Under the pieces are notes generated by a model. That model was not told the origin of the DNA. It searched no databases and worked only from the letters and a program-made list of their open reading frames with translations. Made by a program: the position numbers and the translations under genes. A stretch of DNA of 64,000 bases from Acidobacteriota bacterium (lineage in GTDB: Bacteria; Acidobacteriota; UBA6911). Shown one piece after another: positions 60,013 to 64,000 of this stretch (position 1 is the first letter of the stretch; each line of letters opens with the position of its first letter). The stretch spans positions 4,288,001 through 4,352,000 of the forward strand of contig OY761556.1 in the NCBI GenBank assembly GCA_963664705.1, given 5' to 3'.

Positions 60013-60684
60013 ATGCCAACAAAGAAAAACGCCACAACCGAGAATCATCCGGAACGAGTCAAGAAAATCCTGAATGGCTTGGACCGGGCCTTCCCTGACG
60101 CCCAATGTGCCCTCATCCATGCCAATCCGCTGGAACTGCTTATCGCAACGATTCTGTCGGCTCAGTGCACCGACGAGCGCGTTAACATCGTTACGCGGGA
60201 ATTATTCCGGAAGTATCGCAATCCCAAGGATTACGCCAACGCCCCGCGGGAAGAACTGGAAAACGACATCCGCTCAACAGGCTTTTACCACAACAAGGCC
60301 AAGAGCATTCAGGGTGCCTGCCGCCTGATTCTGGACAAATATTCCGGGGTTGTCCCGGATACCATGGAAGAACTGCTCGAGCTTCCCGGCGTTGCCCGCA
60401 AGACGGCTAATGTCGTTCTGGGAGTTGCTTTCGGCAAGGCCGAGGGAATTGTGGTCGATACGCATGTATTCCGCGTCTCCCGACGACTGGACCTGACGCA
60501 ATCCGAGACGCCTGAGCGCATCGAATCGGACCTGATGCAACAGATTCCAAAGAATCGATGGATCGCTTTCTCCCACCAGATGATTCTGCACGGCAGAAAA
60601 ACCTGCAAAGCCAAGAAACCGCTTTGCGCAGAATGCCTTCTGGAAAAGCTATGCAATTCGAAGGAGAAGACGGCCGGCCATTAG
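60013..60684 (+). CDS. nth: Endonuclease III
   Basis: LLIATILSAQCTD, LPGVARKTANVV, VVDTHV and C-x6-C-x2-C-x5-C. Confidence 0.96.
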   Translation: MPTKKNATTENHPERVKKILNGLDRAFPDAQCALIHANPLELLIATILSAQCTDERVNIVTRELFRKYRNPKDYANAPREELENDIRSTGFYHNKAKSIQGACRLILDKYSGVVPDTMEELLELPGVARKTANVVLGVAFGKAEGIVVDTHVFRVSRRLDLTQSETPERIESDLMQQIPKNRWIAFSHQMILHGRKTCKAKKPLCAECLLEKLCNSKEKTAGH

Positions 60685-60715
60685 AAAGCTATGGCCAGGA
60701 GCCGCAGATAGCGGG

Positions 60716-62056
60716 CTATCCCAGCAGGAGAATGTGGATATCCATAACGTTGGTGCGCGTGGGACCGGTCACGATTAAATCGCCCAGCTTCTCGAAAAAC
60801 GAATAGGAATCATTGTTCTCAATCGACCGCTGCAGGAACTCCTTTCCCAACCGCTTTGAGCGGACCAGCGTATCATTATCTGCCAGCGCTCCAGCGGCTT
60901 CCGTAGGGCCATCGGTTCCATCGGTCCCCAGGCTCGCAACAACACAGGGAACCGGCAGCTGGGACAGCTGCTGAATGCAGTGCAAAACAAATTCCTGGTT
61001 GCGGCCGCCTTTGCCGGTTCCGGTAACTCGGACGGTGGTTTCACCGCCGCTGATCAAGCAGGCTGGCCGACGCAAGGGGCGGCGCTGAAAGGCAATTTCG
61101 GCAGCCACACTCATGTGAAAACGCGCCGCTTCTGCGGTATCCCCTTCAAGACGGCTGGTAAGGATTTGAGCATGGTATCCGAGCCTTTTCGCAGTCCGCT
61201 GTGCTGAGGCACAGGCTTGCGCGTTGCTGCCGACGACCATGGCGTCGGTATTGGCAAAAACAGCATCTCCCATTTTGGGCGTTTCCGGAATCTCCCCTTC
61301 AGCGCCGCGCTCAAGTCTTGTTCGAATCGCCGGCGGTACCTGGCCAAGAAGCCTGCGTCTTTGAAGAATATTGATGCAGTCCGCAAAGGTAGCCGGATCC
61401 GGAGACATGGGGCCGGAGGCAATAGTCCCCAGATCATCGCCTACCACATCGGAAAGAATCAGGGAAATGACTCTTGCCGGCGCCAGGAGCCGAGCCAGAC
61501 CGCCGCCCTTGATATCCGAGAGATGCTTGCGTATCGCATTCAGCTCGTATATGTCGGCCCCGCTGTTCAGGAGCAATTGCGTGCATCTCAGTTTGTCCTC
61601 AAACGAAATACCGCTGGCGGGAGAAACCAGCAGCGATGAAGCTCCTCCTGAAAGAACACAAAGGACCAGGTCATCCGCGCAAACCTGGTCGCGAATCAGG
61701 GAACCCATCCGTGAAGCTGCCGCTGCGCTGTTGGGATCGGGCAGCGGATGCCCCGCCTCCAAAATATGCAATCTGTCGAGCGGCAAACCGTGGCCGTGTT
61801 TTGTGACGAGAATACCTCCGGACAAATACCGTCCCAGAATCCCGGCGGTGGCGCGCCCCATGGGAGCGCTGGCTTTTCCGGCACCCAAAACCCATACCTT
61901 CCGGAAGGCGCTTAAATCAAGTCGGCGATTGTCTATCTGCAGGATGCTTCCGATGCGGCGGACATGCTCTCGAAGGGCGGATTCCGGATCCACCGCGCGT
62001 ATTGCTGAAGTCCAAATGCGGGCAGCCTCCTTCCGCAGCATCCGGTGTGACTTCAC
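60716..62056 (-). CDS. Glycerate 2-kinase (MOFRL family)
   Basis: GAGKAS, AGHPLPD, LSGGASSL, IKGGGL, SDVVGD, GGETTV, GGRNQE, TDGTDG and TNVMD. Confidence 0.93.
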   Translation of the reverse strand: MKSHRMLRKEAARIWTSAIRAVDPESALREHVRRIGSILQIDNRRLDLSAFRKVWVLGAGKASAPMGRATAGILGRYLSGGILVTKHGHGLPLDRLHILEAGHPLPDPNSAAAASRMGSLIRDQVCADDLVLCVLSGGASSLLVSPASGISFEDKLRCTQLLLNSGADIYELNAIRKHLSDIKGGGLARLLAPARVISLILSDVVGDDLGTIASGPMSPDPATFADCINILQRRRLLGQVPPAIRTRLERGAEGEIPETPKMGDAVFANTDAMVVGSNAQACASAQRTAKRLGYHAQILTSRLEGDTAEAARFHMSVAAEIAFQRRPLRRPACLISGGETTVRVTGTGKGGRNQEFVLHCIQQLSQLPVPCVVASLGTDGTDGPTEAAGALADNDTLVRSKRLGKEFLQRSIENNDSYSFFEKLGDLIVTGPTRTNVMDIHILLLG

Positions 62057-63096
62057 GGTGTACCCTGGTCAGGTTTGTTCAGATTCCGGAAAACCCTGTC
62101 ATACAGGTCGACGAAAACGCTGACAACCTGCGGGTCAAATTGCGAGGCGGAGCATCGAGTCAATTCCCTGAGGGCATCCTGGGGAGAACGCGGGAGACGG
62201 TAGGGTCGCCCCATGGTGATGGCATCAAAAGCCTCCGCAACGGCAATAACGCGTGCGCCCAGGGGAATCAGGTTGCCTTTAAGACGTCCAGGGTAGCCGG
62301 TTCCGTCGTATCGTTCTCTATTGTGTCGGATAGCCTTTAAAACCTCCTCATCATCCATGATCAATCGCAACAGTTCATCTGCCATCGCAGTGCGCTCTTG
62401 AATATGCCGCTGCTCTTCCGTGGTTAATGCACCCTGCTTGTTCAAGAGCATATCCTCCACAAGAATCATCCCCACATCATGCAGAAGAGCGGCCAGGTAG
62501 ACTTTACGAACGCCGTCATCGGTCATTCGCAGCTCACGGGCTACATATCGGGCTTTCTCGGCAACCCGCAGCGAGTGGCCTTCATTGAACGGGATCTTGC
62601 GGTCGAGCAGCTGAATGAAAACCTGGGTCATCGAATAAAACAGACGACGCGTCTCGGCTGCCCGTTCATCAGCCATCAGTTGCAGATGATGCTGGTATTC
62701 CCGATTGGCGTTCTCCAGACGCCTTTTATCCAAGGCGCGGTTGGCGGAGATGAGAACCTGTTCGAGGTTGAACGGCTTAATAATGTAATCGTACGCGCCC
62801 AAACGCATACTCTCGATAGCCGTGCTCGCATTGTCCACAGCCGTGATCATGACCGCGACAACATCAGGATAAGCCGCCTTTATCTCCTGGAGCAGCTCCG
62901 TCCCCGGTTTGCCGGGCATACGGATATCCGTAAAAACGAGGTCGAATTCGCGGTCGGCCAGCGAGGTGAGGGCCAGTTCTGCATTTCCTACGGCCAGGCA
63001 GTCGTAGCCTGCGTCTTCAAGCGTGGATTTCAGTATCTCCTGGATGTAAACCTCATCATCCACAATCAGAACTTGTCCCTTTTTGGCGTTTGTCAT
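62053..63096 (-). CDS. Response regulator with HD-GYP domain
   Basis: LIVDDE, DIRMP, KPF; HSLRVA, LHDVG and ERYDGTGYP. Confidence 0.9.
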   Translation of the reverse strand: MTNAKKGQVLIVDDEVYIQEILKSTLEDAGYDCLAVGNAELALTSLADREFDLVFTDIRMPGKPGTELLQEIKAAYPDVVAVMITAVDNASTAIESMRLGAYDYIIKPFNLEQVLISANRALDKRRLENANREYQHHLQLMADERAAETRRLFYSMTQVFIQLLDRKIPFNEGHSLRVAEKARYVARELRMTDDGVRKVYLAALLHDVGMILVEDMLLNKQGALTTEEQRHIQERTAMADELLRLIMDDEEVLKAIRHNRERYDGTGYPGRLKGNLIPLGARVIAVAEAFDAITMGRPYRLPRSPQDALRELTRCSASQFDPQVVSVFVDLYDRVFRNLNKPDQGTP

Positions 63097-63188
63097 AAAG
63101 TCCCACCCGGGCATGCGATGCATCAAAGTGTTGACAGGATCCCGCCTCCATAGCAAGATCTACTCTCGCACACAATTGAGGAGCCTCG

Positions 63189-63386
63189 ATGCAAGAGAAG
63201 TTTGCCAGTTTCAGGGAAGCGTGCAACTACAAGGTAAACGAAAAAACGCATGAGTGCGGCGACTGCCGTTTTTTCATATCCGAGGAGCAATTCCTGAATG
63301 CTCCGAGCAACTGGGGGACATGCCCTCACCACTCTCATGCCTTTATCAAATACCGTCGTGCGTGTTATTCCTTCGAAAAACGCTAG
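63189..63386 (+). CDS. Small cysteine-rich protein (possible Fe-S protein)
   Basis: GAGGAG RBS; CGDCRFF...WGTC...ACYSF. Confidence 0.55.
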   Translation: MQEKFASFREACNYKVNEKTHECGDCRFFISEEQFLNAPSNWGTCPHHSHAFIKYRRACYSFEKR

Positions 63387-63533
63387 TTGCTCTTATATCA
63401 CGAAAGCCGGGGAACGCTCCCCTGTTTTTGCCAATAGCCGGAATCCAGGGTCAGGAGCCATAATCCTGCCGTGACGGGATAACTTTTTGTCTGCAGTCCC
63501 GCGCTGCCGCTATAGCCGCAACACCTGCCATCT

Positions 63534-64000
63534 TCATTCGCCCGTTCTGTCGGTAATGGCGTCTGCCACGATGTTTGCAATCACCGCTCGAAGGTGATTC
63601 AGGTCCTTGCCCCCATCCGGATGCACGCGGTTGCTCAATATAATCACAAATGTTTCACTGGAAGGGTGTATCCAAATGGAAGTGCCGGTGAAACCACTGT
63701 GTCCATAGCCGCCGCGGAACAAATCACCTCTTGGCGCGGAGTAGGCGGAATCAATATCCCAGCCCAGTCCCCGAATCTGCGGCGCTCCCGCGGGAGATTG
63801 CGGATTGGTCATCGCATCCACCGCCAGTGGAGAAAGCAGACGCGTTCCTTGATACGTCCCCTTTCCAAGAAGCATCTGCGCGTAGATCGCCAGGTCCTGG
63901 GCTGTCGAAAACAGCCCGGCATGGCCGGCGACACCACCCATTTTCCAGGCAGTAGGGTCATGAACCTCGCCGCGCACCATTTTATCCATGGATTCGGACG
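63534..64000 (-). CDS. Serine hydrolase, beta-lactamase-related (5' end outside the window)
   Basis: GEVHDP, AGHAGLFST, GHSGFTGTS and LSNRVHP. Confidence 0.88.
   Translation of the reverse strand, partial: SESMDKMVRGEVHDPTAWKMGGVAGHAGLFSTAQDLAIYAQMLLGKGTYQGTRLLSPLAVDAMTNPQSPAGAPQIRGLGWDIDSAYSAPRGDLFRGGYGHSGFTGTSIWIHPSSETFVIILSNRVHPDGGKDLNHLRAVIANIVADAITDRTGE

Noticed and set aside
63534-64000. Beta-lactam resistance gene
   Set aside because: Motifs fit the broad serine hydrolase family; the catalytic N-terminus is outside the window and resistance cannot be inferred.

Overview
Bacterial chromosomal DNA, most likely from an anaerobic or facultative member of Acidobacteriota (inferred from Oar-like TonB-dependent receptors and the rpmE-DUF1385-prfA-prmC-murA block). 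From left to right the window holds: two TonB-type receptors and a PiT transporter with a Pho-box-like promoter; GH31 and GH43 glycosidases; a nitrogen block (sigma54-driven GS III, an FNR-box qNor-hemerythrin-polyferredoxin operon, NrfHA with a CxxCH first haem motif); housekeeping genes; hutI-ftcd; tatA; and a 15 kb anaerobic redox/C1 island (43.7-58.9 kb). The island encodes a corrinoid methyltransferase trio, a NuoG-N/NuoE fusion plus NuoF with no catalytic subunit, MoaD, an MFS transporter and a U32 protein. The most striking pattern is three separate xanthine-dehydrogenase-family [2Fe-2S]+FAD gene pairs, none with a molybdopterin large subunit. Their small subunits carry different combinations of a Tat signal and a canonical C2H2 zinc finger. 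Other oddities are a TonB-type barrel lacking almost all of its plug and a family of 7-bp-period intergenic repeats/hairpins. I saw no rRNA, tRNA, CRISPR array or transposase. All calls come from motif recognition by eye; no database searches were run.
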